64,000 nt of DNA from Antedon mediterranea (Eukaryota; Animalia; Echinodermata), in assembly GCF_964355755.1 (NCBI RefSeq), contig NC_092677.1, positions 26,337,175-26,401,174 on the forward strand, in the 5' to 3' direction. Within the stretch, counting starts at the first letter, position 1, and every line of letters starts with the position of its first letter. Below, one piece after another: positions 12,766 to 26,430 of the stretch. The position numbers and the translations under genes were made by a program. The notes below the pieces were generated by a model. It searched no databases and was not told where the DNA came from. It was given only the letters and a program-made list of their open reading frames with translations.

Positions 12766-14460
12766 TTATTCTATATATTCATCAAATAAACATTTTTTAA
12801 CCTGATTTATAAACGATTTCCGATAAATAATACTACGAATTTCAACTGAAATGTTATTCCATAAATTGGCTCCTTCAAAACTAATCCTAAACTTCCCTAA
12901 AGAAATACGAGCTTGAGGTAACATTAAATTAAAATCATTATTAAATTTTGTACTATGAGAGTGTCCAATAGATGAATAATAATCTGTTAGCGTATGAGGA
13001 GTTCGCTTAGAAAATATATCTAAAATAAATTTGAGAACATGTAATCTATGTAGTTTATAAACATCTATTATTTTTAGTTCATAAAACAAAGGAGAAGAGT
13101 GTGCCCTAAAACTTGAAAATGTAGGCTAATACATCTAACGATCATTTTTTGTACGATTAAAACAGGATTTAAGTAAGATTCAAATGTACTAGCCCAAACT
13201 TCAATGCCATAAGTTATGATTGGATAAATAAATGATTTATAAAGCATGATTAGAGTTTTTCTAGGAACAAAATGTCTCAACCTAAATGACAAACCAGCCT
13301 TTTTCTTAATTTTTGCGTTACTATCATAAATGTGAAACTTCCATGAAAGAAACTTATCAAATTTAATACCTACAAAATTAATACAAGTACTTTCTTTAAT
13401 TATTTTGTGTAATTTGTTTATTTTTAGACTGAAAAATCATATAGTTAGTTTTATCAAGCTTAATTTTTAATTTGTTTGCCTTGCACCAATCTATGACTTT
13501 CTGGAATTGAGTGTTAATAAGATTGTGAGCAAATGAATGAAATAAAACATACAAAAATTAAAAAAAATTAGAATTTGGAAGATCATTGATATATATTAAA
13601 AACAGAATAGGGCCAACAACCGAGCCTTGAGGTACACCACAAGTGATAGGTAATTTTTCAGAGGTAAAACGATTTGATGAAACAAATTGTTTTCGGTTGT
13701 TGAGATAATCAGAAATCTAATACCATAATGAAATAATTTCGAACGTAAAATGTTATGATCAATCGTATCAAAGGCTTTACGAAAATCAATAAATATACCA
13801 ATTGAAGAAATTCCCTTATCAATATCACATTGAAGACTGTTAACTAAATTAATAAGTGACAACTTAGTGCTATATTTTTTTCTAAAGCCATATTGATGAT
13901 TGTAAAATAAATTAAATGTTTTAAAGTAATTTACTAAACGTGTATTATATAGTTTTTCAAGAACCTTGCTTAATACTGGAAGAATGGAGATGGGCCTATA
14001 ATTTCCAAGATTGTCCTTTGCACCTTTTTTGAATAATGGAATACGGTAACTTTAGCAATTTTAAATGCTGAAGGAAATTTACAAATGTTAAGTGAAAGAT
14101 TAAAAATATATGTTAAGGGAATGGATATAAAAGGAGCAGCCATAGAAATTAACTTTGATGGAATTGTCTGAACCAGTAGCCTTTTTCGAATCTAAAGATG
14201 AAATTATTTTAAAAAATTCATCATGAGTTGTTGGTTCAAGAAAAAACGAGTTTAAACGAGGTTGACCTAAAAACGAAGAATAACTAGAAGATGTGCTATT
14301 AACATTCTTCGCTAAATTAGGGCCAATGTTGGTAAAATATTTATTAAATTTGTCAACAATTGACAATTTATTGGTATAATTATGCGTCCATACAGATATA
14401 TTTATGGGTAAGTTATTAGTGTTATGCTTATGTCCTAATAATGTATTGATTGTTTGCCAT
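12766..14460 (-). mobile_element. Degenerate CR1/L2-group LINE ORF2 fragment with frameshifts and internal deletions
   Basis: FNKYFTNIGPNLA, NYRPISILP, GIFIDFRKAFDTIDH, CGVPQGS, LYKSFIYPIITYGIEVW and GANLWN across several frames. Confidence 0.88.
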
Positions 14461-15231
14461 GTTTTAAAGGAGTATGTGTAGCGCGAATTAATGGAAACCA
14501 GGATTTACAAAATCTAAATGAATCTATTTTTTGCCAAAATACTGTTTAGAAGTTTACGGATAATCAAGCAGCCCGAGTAAAGACAAGACTGACCCTACAT
14601 CCGTGTGGACAATAATCCTATAATTATACATTTTTTTGTTTTAAGCTTGATATTTACATATAATCGTTTCTATTTTGTTTTTGCTTAGCACGAAAAGAAA
14701 ATCCCGGATGAAGCTTGTACTGGTTTTGCCAATTTTGTCAAAGAATTTAATATATATATAATAATTTAATTATTAATATTAGTATTTCTATATAATAGTA
14801 TCGTACGTCGCCGCCATTGTCGTCATATTATTATTACGTACTAGCGCATTTCAACCCTCTAAATAAAAGTAAAGTTAGTACAATTGATTGTATATTCCGA
14901 ACACAATTTTATATTTAAATTTTGAAATTTATACATTGGCTATTAGATCAGCGCTATTTGAACCTAATTTTAACGGAAGTGCCAATAAAAATCTCCGCTC
15001 GATCCTGAAACCCGACAGTGGACCTTGCCCTTCCTCCTAAATTAGGAGTAATACTGTTGTCGAATTATTACGGTATACGTTTCAAATTGATTTAAGTTAG
15101 GTGCTCCTCAATTAGCATTGATACCATAGTTTTAGTAAAATGTTATGCCTTTATTTATTTATTATTATGTTTGGCTTAATTGATCTCACAATTGAAATAA
15201 CTAACACATTTACGTTCATTTTAAAACATAG

Positions 15232-15594
15232 GTTTATTGTGGGACTGAAATCACTGTTGGTGACATAGCCGCTTTACACGGCAAAGAAGGCCTAGAAGCA
15301 GGATTTCTTGATAAGGCTAAGGAAATGGTTTCGACAAGACCACAGTGGATTTTCAAAAATGCAGAAATTGCTATTGCATCAAATCCATCATACGTACTAT
15401 ACGCTGGCGACAGGTCTAATAAATTTGGAATTTACTGTACTGAAGGAATCTACAAATGGTCTACACGGAATAGAAGTTTGCGGTTATGGCTGGATGACCA
15501 TATATGGACACCGGTGGTGGAAAATTACATAGCGCGTGTGATAACCTATATTACCGGCAGCAATATTATGGCCGCTATTGGATGGTGGTGGTGA
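15232..15594 (+). CDS. Family A copy A1 terminal exon: one divergent A-domain plus Trp-rich tail (VYCGTEITVGDI...IMAAIGWWW*). Upstream exon not located
   Basis: Acceptor ...AAACATAG|GTT at 15231. The frame is open to the stop at 15594 and is clearly paralogous to the exon at 40133-40507. Confidence 0.8.
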   Translation, partial: VYCGTEITVGDIAALHGKEGLEAGFLDKAKEMVSTRPQWIFKNAEIAIASNPSYVLYAGDRSNKFGIYCTEGIYKWSTRNRSLRLWLDDHIWTPVVENYIARVITYITGSNIMAAIGWWW

Positions 15595-17324
15595 TTAAAG
15601 AACCAAGGTCATTTCATGGTGATGCAGAATGGGTCATTATTTTAAGCTCTGTCTACACTTATGTGATGTGCCACTACCATTCATATCAATACCATATATG
15701 GACACATCACACTTTTTTTCACATAACGATTGATAGTGTAGACAAGGCTTTCGATTATTCCAAACTTCTATAGAATTTATTCGTAGATAGGTATTCGTTT
15801 TAACGATAATAGGCAGCCGTACAGGCTATACAAAACGAATATAGGTTTTAACATAATTATTTATCATCTTTAAAAAAAAAACATGCAATGTATTTATAAT
15901 TTTGGGATACATGTACATGATATATTGAAAACAATTGTCTAAAAAGTGCAAAGTTAATTTAACAAAAATTAGGATAAATAGCAAGTTGAAAGTTTTTGCC
16001 TAGGTCTAAAATACTTCTAGTCTAGTAGTAGTAGACCAAGGCCTAGCTATCCGGGTACAAAATGATCTGTGAAAGAATACACAATACGTCAATGCAAGTG
16101 TTGGTGTCTCTGTATCTAACTCTTTAGTTCCACAGACTCAACCTTAGCTGCTTTTACTTTTTGTGCGAATAAGGCCTTAATTAAAAAAAAAATGTCATGT
16201 TGGCGTTTTAAGCATCGCATCGCCGATGAACAATTTTGAACACATGCTAAGAATATGGAAAGAAACGATTAACACTACCGTCAAACAAAATATAACACTA
16301 TAGTAATTATAAAGCCTACATAAATCATCTTATAAATGTTTATTATAATTAGAGATGGCATCCCAACTATATATGTAAAAGAAGCTATCAACAGTTAAAA
16401 CTGCAATGATAATAATCATACTTCTGTACTTGTCTTAGGACATTTAAATTTAACCAACTGTGTATTATTATTATTGTTATTGTTATTATTCGTATAGGTT
16501 AAAATAATAAATGTACAATATATTATGTATTATGTTAAATAATTATGTATATCTACCTCTACCTATAGCGTCCATGCTCTCTTCATTTTTCACTTTAATT
16601 CGAAAATATGGAAATGAAATATGCTGTATTAATTTTGTTATAGTCATTGTTATTTAAAATGTTTATAAAATTGAAAAGCAATTAGATTATAGTTTTAGCA
16701 CCGTTTCAAACCCAGATAAAATGATAAACCATTAATAATTTCTATGGTAATATTGGAATAACATTAGCTGTACAGTTGAATAAACACAATATAGACGACT
16801 TGCATTGTAATGTGCTTCATTTAGAATGTAAAGTAAAGTACACAAACAACATACGGTAATTGTGATAGATTTGTTAATTATGTGTATCCAATATGTGATA
16901 TTTCCTGAAAGTCTTTATTTGCAATACTAAAATGCAACGTTGCAACATCCATTATAATGATTTCTGAATAAATTATGCAGTAAGGTGATACATTTATAAC
17001 AATCGCTCCACCATTCTTTTAAATAAAAACACGTTATCAATGTGAAGCAATGAACAAAATGACACAATGAATTGGTTTCTAAAGATTTTTCTTGACTTGA
17101 TGCTATGGTGAAAGAGCAAGGTCCGTTAGACAAATTATTAGGTCTAATCAACAACTATTTATAATTATTACAATTACTGACGTTTTAACATCTGTTTTCA
17201 AGGAATGTGGTTAATGACTCGTGTATTTCTTAGTTTACTAAATGTTTAAAGGATTATAAAAATGGACCTCAGAATTATAGTAAACATAATGCAACGATTT
17301 ATGTATATTTTGTATTGGGCCGGT

Positions 17325-20300
17325 TCAAGATATTATACATCTAGATGTATATCTTTCATGTATATGGAACTCTCCTTTCGAGTCAACATAACCTGTAACT
17401 TCTTTCAGGTGCTCCTTTTCTGATGAATGAAATGTGAAACGAAGAATCACTCTGATCATAGAGAGAAAGCTTGTAGTCAGGCAGCATTTGTATTTTACTT
17501 CATATATTTAGCCAAGTTTGATTTTTCACTTTTAAGTGATCAAGGACATCACAACGAACAACTTCCAACTTGTTGTCCAAATTCTAAACGCGTTTTTCAT
17601 TCGCTGGGGGCGCTTTTTCAAAATGGCCACTTATGCTATCAAATACTTATATCTCGGCAACCACTAATCGTAGAGACTTGGTTTTAATCTTAAAATGTTT
17701 GTAAGGTACATATTTCTATTTACTCTAATGGAATATTTTGACCAGAAATGACTGAAAATGCCATTTCTGACCGTTTGACCTTTGACCTTCTATCATCATA
17801 TCTCGGTAACTAATGGTCACACAGACTTGAAATTTGTTTCAAATTGTTCGCAGTATGCCTTTTTATATTTACTGTAATTAAATGTTTTGTTTTAAAGCAA
17901 ACAGAAATGCCATATCTGACCTCTTGCCCTAATGCATGTAATATCCACAACTGAGAGACTATAGATTTGTCTAGTATTGTTTATAACTTGTACCGGTACT
18001 TGTGGTTTTGTTGATAATATACCTTGTTCCAAAATCAATATTTCAAATCACCAATGGAACTGTTATAATAAATAAATACATACCATAAATATTGAATATA
18101 GTCAGATTACCCTCTCCAGTCAATAAAGTTCATCGATATCGTCTACTAGCTCTACATTCCAGTCCTTTGTATTCTCACATCCATCACCACACTCACATGC
18201 ATCAGTACAGAGCAAGTTGTTTTTCTTACAACTACAGCGATTTGTTGAACATGAACCACTGCAGGTACATCGACGAATTTCTAGAAGAGCTTCTGGTGCT
18301 GGTGGATTGTTGCAAAATACCGGCTTCAAGTGACCATCTTCTAGTTGCCAGGAGTAGTCAGTTGCTGGTGGAATAGATGGAGTTGGCTTGCATGATGAAT
18401 TCCATACAATAGACATGATGTATGCTCTTTCCACGTGTGGTCTAAGAGTTGCCATGGTTGGAGGTAATTGTTGTCCTTCCTTGCCTTTCTGTGCAAATAA
18501 CATCCATCTCAAGTCTGTGACATATTCTGCCTTGATCTTAGAAGTACTGTATAATATGCAAACATATCTTTCCATTTGCCTGAAAATCCAATTTGGTATT
18601 TCAGAGGTCAGTCCATATACAGCAAATGCATCTAGTATTTCATCGTCACATTTCATAAGTGCTTTGAAATGGGCAGACACTCCTTTTCCAGCAAATGTAC
18701 CTGTGTTATCTGTACCTTTAAATGCGTACCATCCAATCACTGTTGCTGATATTTGTTTTCAAAGTCGGTAATAGCATTGCCATATAGGTATTTTTTCCCC
18801 TCTTTTCCTACAAAATGTGGTCATTGGAGGAAGTAGAGGATAGCTTCCTGTTAAAAGGATAAAGACATCAGTATCTACAGAAAGTATGTCAACATTGGCA
18901 CTTGGGTCTTTGTTCATACAATCAAAGGCATACAATAAGACCAGTTGGTCCCCTTCTTCCAATGTGTGTTGTCCGTGTGTCATCTCTGGCATCATGATAA
19001 CTTCTGAGAGATTGCAGTTTGCCATCATGGACGTGTGATGTGTTACTAGGACCTTCTTCGTGTTGTTCTTGAAGTGATTAGGTATCTTCTCTGACAGATA
19101 AGTTCAGCTTTTGTCTCTTTGTGCGATAAAAATGTCTTAATGTTCTTAATCTCAGTGTTGTCATTGACATGGTAGTGAATGGTAGTTGTTTTCTGTTTTC
19201 TCTTATCTCGTGTAGATTCTTTTAAAGATCCTGATAGATATTGATCAAATAAAAGACGAACTTCATCATATGGTTTGCTCATACCAAACAAATTCAGATG
19301 CAAAGTCAGAAGCATTGAACTTATCAGACACCTTCTTTACCATATTGACGACACACATTCCATCAAAAATTAGGATTGATGCTGCTTTTTATCATCTTTC
19401 TGTACAGGCCTGCTGACATTATCTGGTAGAGGGAGTTCTGTTATTGACTGCAATACCATTCTTCCATCTGGATGGAAATTTGATGGTGGAGTGCTATTGA
19501 ACTCATAGTTGTTGCCTATGACATCCTTTAGAGCGAACTCTGGCCTGCTCTTCGCCACAACTAACAATCTAGACAGCATCTTTCTCTCTTGCTTAATTGA
19601 AACTAGTTGACCTTTAATTTGGTTTTCACCACTGCTCCTACATCCTTTAAATAAGAGAAGTTGTTTTTCTTTTGAGGGTCCCAAAAAACGGTTTTTTCAA
19701 TCATTCGTGAAGTCACAAATTTATCCAATGCTTCTTTTCCTAATTGGTCTCGCTTTTCAATCGTTTGACTAACATCATCGGAGGTTACCATGCCAGGCAC
19801 TGAGTTGGCTTGTCACTGAGTTCCACGGGGATCTCACCAGGCTAGCATTGTTTGCTAGGTGTTAGCGACAAGGCCTAGGCTGGAACTATAGTGTATAACT
19901 ATTTAACTAAGGCCTCTCTGTACAACATTTATATCAGCATAGGTACATTATTATACAAGTAAATGTATATGTACTAATAATAAGTAGGATTTCCCAGCAA
20001 ACACGGTTTAAATCGGTTTAAAAAACACTTATCATTTAAACTCATGAAATCTAATCTGCTTGAACTTTCAGCCAATCACAGGCTAGGATTATGTATGGAG
20101 ATAATGAGTGGCTTTTATTTATTTTAAAACTTTAATTTCCAAGCTTAAGTGAATGTTTTAAAGCATCAATAATTGAAAAATCAATAATGTGTTACAAATA
20201 TGGATGTTCTGAGCAATCTGTCGAAAAATGTTATCTGTAACCAACATGTTGTGGATATCACACAGGTTATGGTCAAAGGTCAGATATGGTTTTTCCGGCC

Positions 20301-21375
20301 ATCTTGAAACAAACCTTTCCATTAAAGCAAATAGAAACATATATTTTCTGAAAAATTTGGGATAAATATCAACTCTTTCTGACCAGTAGTTATTGAGATA
20401 TGATAAGATCAGGTCAAAGGTCAAATTGTCAGAAATAGTATTTCCGCTCATTTTAGGGCAAAATGTTCCATTATAGTGAATAGAATTATGTACCTTACGA
20501 ACATTTTAAGACTAAAACCAAGTCTCTACGATTAGTGGTTGCCGAGATATAAGTACTTGATAGCATAGACGGCCATTTTGAAAAAGCGCCCCCAGCGAAT
20601 GAAAAACGCGTTTAGAATTTGGACAACAAGTTGGAAGTTGTTTCTTGTGATGTCCTTGATCACTAAAAAGTGAAAAATCAAACTTGGCTAAATATATGAA
20701 GTAAAGTTAATATAGTGACAAATGCTGCCTGACTATTGGTGTCAGTGTAACTTGTTACTTTATCAGTCTCTAACTTTGTCATGAACGCTTGTAGTAGTCT
20801 TCGTAGTCCAGCCTGTTCTTTCGTTTGTTCAGCGCCCTCATTTCCACAAAGTTTGAGTATGATATTTGCAAGTGTACGTTTGTTTATTTCATCGACGCAA
20901 AACTGAAAGATTACAATAATAATTAAACTGATGAAAACAATTAGTAGTAGTTATGAATCATTTCAATGACTGTGACGTCACAGAAAGTCTTAGCCACATG
21001 CATCTATAATATTCATCTCGGATTGATTAAATCCAGAAAATAAAATGTTCGTTGATAAAATAATTGTCACGGAGTAATATAAAATTACTTTATATCTCAC
21101 TTTTGATTAATATAGACCTTTTCCAAAAGTTTTAAGTATAAAATTAAGGAACAAGAAATCGACTGATTAGTCTATTTAAGTTTATTTCAAAATAAACACT
21201 CTTTAAACTCCTGGCTGCTCTCCAGTGAAAAGAATTATCAAGACGTACAAATGATATTTATTTTATTTATTCACATAATATACCTACCATGACTTCTTCG
21301 CGGTGTTTATCATTCAGGTGAACCATTACAGCAAACTTCTTCGCACAGCTGCTATTAAATGTAAATTGTCCCCCA
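17325..21375 (-). pseudogene. Family B copy B1, disrupted: last exon (20902-20736 plus 17473-17325) split by an Academ insertion and frameshifted, exon 3 truncated (21288-~21375)
   Basis: Near-identical to B3 (43967-44730), including the intron, and ends ...HERYTSRCIIS*. There is one extra nucleotide near 17435 relative to B3. Confidence 0.88.
17474..20735 (-). mobile_element. Academ (AcademX-type) DNA transposon, internally deleted
   Basis: Termini 5'-TAGTCAGGCAGCATTTG...CAAATGCTGCCTGACTA-3', with inverted repeats of several hundred bp and a 3-bp TSD TTG (17471-3, 20736-8). Coding remnant 18120-19800 has XPG/PIN-like motifs (EEGDQ, DTDVFILL, AFKGTDNT..FAGKG) and a C-terminal Cys8 finger (CTCSGSCSTNRCSCKKNNLLCTDACEC). 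Confidence 0.88.
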
Positions 21376-23325
21376 TAATAATTTATCGTGCTTATAAACT
21401 AAGTCTCATTTGAGAGAGTTGAAAGAGTCGTGAGTTACAACCCTGGCATTAGGTCAGGATTGAACCACGGAATTTGGCACGTTAACCACCAAGCTACAGC
21501 TCCACTACATTATGCCAATCCACAGTAGGGCACTGCAGTTTGAGAGATTAATATGGTAAAAATCAATTTTGAAACTGTTGCTTTTTTTGTCAATATCATT
21601 TTTTCATTAAATTCAAAACCATAAAATTACTAACTATTCAACTATTGTTGTAAAGTTCAATTTCCTAATCAAATGAATTGATAATAAACATAAAATGATA
21701 CTTTATATCTGATGACGCATATGCGTCTTTTGTAGTGTGCCATTTGAAACATATTTATATTTAATATTTATTAACTCCTAACAAAAAAACATTCATAATC
21801 CAATAATGAAAGGGAGGTTAATGCTTGCAGAAAGCATAATAAATGGCTATAATGTTTTATGGTCGCTAACTAATGTGGTATACCCATTTTATTACTGTTA
21901 TTCGATATCATGAATATTGACAACTTCTTTTTTAAAGTATTCTTTTGAAATTCTAACAATTGTAATTTCTTTAAACCCATAAAAGTCGGTAGTTGCCAAA
22001 TAGCCTACTAATTGCAACAGCGAATTTCAGTTCACACATTTTAAAAATTGATATTCCTTTATAAATATTTCCTGACAGTCTTTATTTACAATGCTAAAAT
22101 ATAACGTTACAAAATCTATTAAATTATTTCTGAATGGATTATGCAAGAAGGAGAAAAACAAAATAAAAAAAACATTGACGCTTTATGCATCTTTTGTATT
22201 ACAACAAAATCAGTGACTAAATGAATTTTAAATCAATCCACTACAAAATACAATAAGGAAAATACACACAGAATGGAGGAAAAAACTGTTGACGTTATCT
22301 GAAAACCAATTAAAGACTGATTATAATTATATGAGAAAATCTACACTTGGGTCAACTGTTTTTCTTTCAATTGAGGAGAACGAATATGTTTAGAGGGTTT
22401 TCAAAAAGTGTTTTTTTTTTCCTTCAACTAAAAGACCCTGTTCCTTCCAATTGCCTATTGTATTTGCCTAGTAGGGACACTTTCTCTTTGTGTAAACATA
22501 GATGAACAAGACTTTAGATCTACAATGCAAAAGATAAAGACAATAGGTAGAGTAAGACATTATTATTATATTGTAATACAATATTAGACGTGACTAGTTT
22601 GGTTACTCTTCAATGGTGAAGATTTTCCCCGCGAAGGTTGCATCAGTACTACTATTATAATGATTACTTTGTGTTAAGTTTATTGTTTTCGTACGCCAGA
22701 GTACCACTGTAATTTTTCGAATAAAGTTTATAAATATTATAGCCATAACTTAATAGGCCTACATAAAAGCTTAATGTGGTTGAATAAATTGTTGCAAAAA
22801 ATAGCCTGAGTTAATACAGGTATAGTGATTGTGTCCAACGTTGACAATCCCTAATACGATGATAAAGTGCTGTAAGCACTAAAAAGTGGAATTAAAACAA
22901 TGTTTCATTAAATGATTTAGAAATAAAAAATGGTATCAAAGTATTCTTTTCGATACTTAACTATGAAATTAAAATGCATTTACATACTTTGATTTCGAAT
23001 TAGGAAATTTAAAGTAAACAAAGTACTGTATGTACTGTAAAGTAATGCTAATTAAATACTGGACGTTATGTAAATTGAACAGGCTACATAATAGTGCACC
23101 ACAATCGCCAATGTAAAATTGATTTGATTTATCTGTACCGATAAGATGGTGAAATTAGATAGTATCTCTCTTATCTAATTGGTACCGATTTATTTAGCAC
23201 CTTTCGGGGTCCCTCCGGTTTAGACGCAGCAGGGGTACCCGGCAGACTCTCATTTTCATTGACTTCAAGTGACCCCCAACACACTTAAATAGTCAGATAT
23301 TGGTACCTAGCTCATCTAACTAAAT

Positions 23326-23583
23326 GTACATGAAATTGATTGTGGAACCGAGGTTACACTTGGAGATGTTGATAGTTTAGAAATAAACGATGATGATAAC
23401 TATTTGATAGATGGTACTAGAAAACTGATCTGCAAGACACCAACGTGGGTTCTTAAAGATGCAGACATTGAAATAGCATCTGATCCACCATACTCATTGT
23501 GTGCAGGGAACAGAGATAATAAATTTAAAGTGTAAAGAGGGGAAGATGGGTGAATTAAGATAATAAAGAAGGCGATACCGAAG
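23326..23583 (+). pseudogene. Family A copy A2: orphan domain exon (counterpart of domain 3) with two in-frame stops
   Basis: Reads VHEIDCGTEVTLGDV...YSLCAGNRDNKFKV*RGEDG*IKIIKKAIPK|GTACGT. The acceptor is lost by fusion to sequence homologous to 32140-32314. Confidence 0.9.
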
Positions 23584-23909
23584 GTACGTAAATCAGGTGT
23601 TTTATTTATTTTTTTAGCAGGTTTATGTTTTTATAGCAGGGTAGCATGTAAACTAAAAACGTCTATCGTCTATTAACTGTAAAGGTATGAAAATGAATGG
23701 TTCAATAATACACTGTTTTTTTAATCAAGACACCTTCCCTGCGTTTTTTAGATCTAATTTAAGATCACAAACTATATTTAATGTAAAAATAATACTATAT
23801 GGTTCTATTGCGATAACTTTTTTCGTCTTTAAATGGTTAAAAATGTGAAAAATAAGTCGATTCTAATATTTATAGCGGCCCCGCTATAAATGCTAAAATG
23901 CATTTCGCG

Positions 23910-25359
23910 CGGATTGATATTTCTGTTTTTCTTCTGTAATTCACCCAAACAACGATCGTACCTTTTCTGCCGACAGTGTTTTGTTTTCATTTGCGTTCAA
24001 TGCGTAGTCAGTACTGTAATATGTTGTTTAAAAAAGAGGTTAAAAAAAGACGCTAAAGCCTGATTAGCACACGCCTAAACCCGCGCCTCCTGGCGCCACG
24101 AAAGTGGCAATCGAGTTGCGTAGCACCGACAGGGCTGAGGACTTTAAAGGGGATTTAGAAAGGGTTTCTCCATCTCGAACGTAAGACAATTTAGAAAAAA
24201 AAGTGCTTACAAACTGTTATAGTGCAATCTTAATTGCAAGATACTGTTTCCATCACATTATTACAAATGTTACACAATGTATATTTAGAAAACTCCTCCC
24301 TACGAATCTTTTTCGACGAACTTTGATCAAAACGAACTGACCCCGCAGTAGATGCACGTGCGTGGTACTATGTTGTGTCAACCTAAGATATACATTCTAC
24401 AGCCGGGTGAATGACTCAATGTAAAGAGTAGTTTCAGTGATCGCCGTGTCCATTTCAAAATGGCCGCCATTTTGGACAATTTTTCTTTTCTGTTTATGGC
24501 ATTAAAAGATGTTATCGAGATAGACATTTAATCATAAGTAACAATAAATGTTCAACTAATATTTCACATCATTTGTGTAACAGAACAAGTTTAACGTTAG
24601 AAAATGTCGACGCAATATAGTCATTTGTCTCAGGTTGCATCGACAAATGCTAAACCCAATGATCCGGTAATTTCTATTGTCATATTGGAATAACATGAGT
24701 TGAAATAAACATAATATCTAGAAGACTTGCATTGTAAATGTTATGCTTCATTTAGAATAGAAAGTACACACACACAATACGTGCGATGGTTGATTTCTTT
24801 ATAATGTGTATTCAATATCGGACATTGTTAATAATACAGACAGATATTTGTAAAGAATCGCTCACAACCTAGTAACGGTTCATTACTATTATTATTTCAA
24901 TATAGACACATAACTTCACGATTTAGGAATGATACGTAATTTATAGTAATTATTTAATTTGATCATGTTATAAAACCGACTTCGGCTAAAATCTTGCGGT
25001 GGAGCTGATACCGATATGAACAAAAAAATAAATAAATAAAATGGTACCTACTTGTTTATTAATTCTATAACTGGGTCGTGGAGCAAAAGTACTGATGATT
25101 TTCTAAGCAATTTTTTATTCTAGGGCACCGGAGGTATAGTAGAGCGATTGATTACAGTTTTGTTAATAACAAATAAGTTTGATTTTGATGATGATATGAT
25201 GGTAACAGGTAAGTTTACAGATACGTTGATATGAAGTTTGCGGTACACCACCACGACGTTTATTTTTAGAACTATATTATTATACGTGGTGTGCCGCAAA
25301 CTTTATAACAACATATGAATTGGTTTCTAAACATTTTCTTGACTTCATGCTATGGTGAA
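23910..25359 (+). repeat. Segmental duplicate of ~42330-43749 (intergenic region 3' of the A/B genes)
   Basis: Long near-identical stretches, e.g. GACGCTAAAGCCTGATTAGCACACGCC at 24049 and 42436, running to GCTATGGTGAAA. Confidence 0.9.
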
Positions 25360-26042
25360 ACAAATTTAATGGGTCACGAAATGTACGTTAATGTTATTAT
25401 TTATTTAAATAGATATCCTACTAAGTAGTAGTACACAAAGTACTGTATTATTAATTATTAATTTCATCAACTTCAAAATGCACTATGGTGAAAATAAACA
25501 TTTAATATCAGGGGCGGTCGCATGAATATTTTAATGGGGTTGCCTAAAGAGTAGGCCCACAGAGCGGTAGACAGTAGTATTTGAGCCACAGTCCCCATGG
25601 TAATACACGAACAATAGAAATGTCTACATTCAACTGCAAACACAATGTAAAAAAATATCCAAAAAATATGTGTGAATGATTAAGCTAATGGGACGAAGTT
25701 GAAAACTAGATACAATATTTAGGTTGCCACCAGCGACAGACCTCATATCCGACGCACATATTTTACTCACTGTTTCAACAAACGCAAAGATTGTAACATT
25801 TAAACACTTAGCTTAGTATAATTGAACAAAAAGTCTAATTATTACAAATGGATCAAATATATCATACACATTTATCTCTGATTGGATATGATCATACATC
25901 ATGATACTACTTGACTGTCATTCAGTCAAGATATAAAAAATGGTTTTAGAACACAATTTTTGATTTCATCGCCGTAGGTTTTCATAGTGTAGTCAACAAG
26001 TTGTCACAGTGTCTTCAAACACACCTAAATCACATCTAAACA

Positions 26043-26202
26043 CAGCCAACCTGGTGTATACTGTATCCCATGTGAATGTGGAAAGGTATACATTGTGGAA
26101 ACTGGACGCGACCTTCAAACCAGGCTCAAAGAACATCAAGGCCATGCCAGAAGAGGAGAGCAAGACAAATCATCAATAGTTATGCATTCTCACAAACACG
26201 GG
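26043..26202 (+). mobile_element. Penelope-like element GIY-YIG endonuclease fragment (duplicate at ~49653-49810)
   Basis: Translates as PGVYCIPCECGKVYIVETGRDLQTRLKEHQ...KSSIVMHSHKHG. Confidence 0.85.
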
Positions 26203-26430
26203 GAAAGCTAAAATTAGCTGAAAAATAGGGTGGAATTACAGGGTTACCATATCTTGAAAACTAATAAGGGCGCTGCTTCAAACTAGTAAAGCTAATCCTA
26301 GCAACAACTAACATGTCGCTGCCAGATGGTGTTGATAACTAATCGAAACGTCGCACACGTACGTACTACTTTTGGTTTCACATAAAGGTATTGTATACAT
26401 ATATATCCTTTAATTATATTTCGAAAATTT

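Noticed and set aside
18120-18740. Host tesmin/CXC-domain gene
   Set aside because: It lies inside TIRs and a TSD and is the fragmented C-terminus of the Academ protein.
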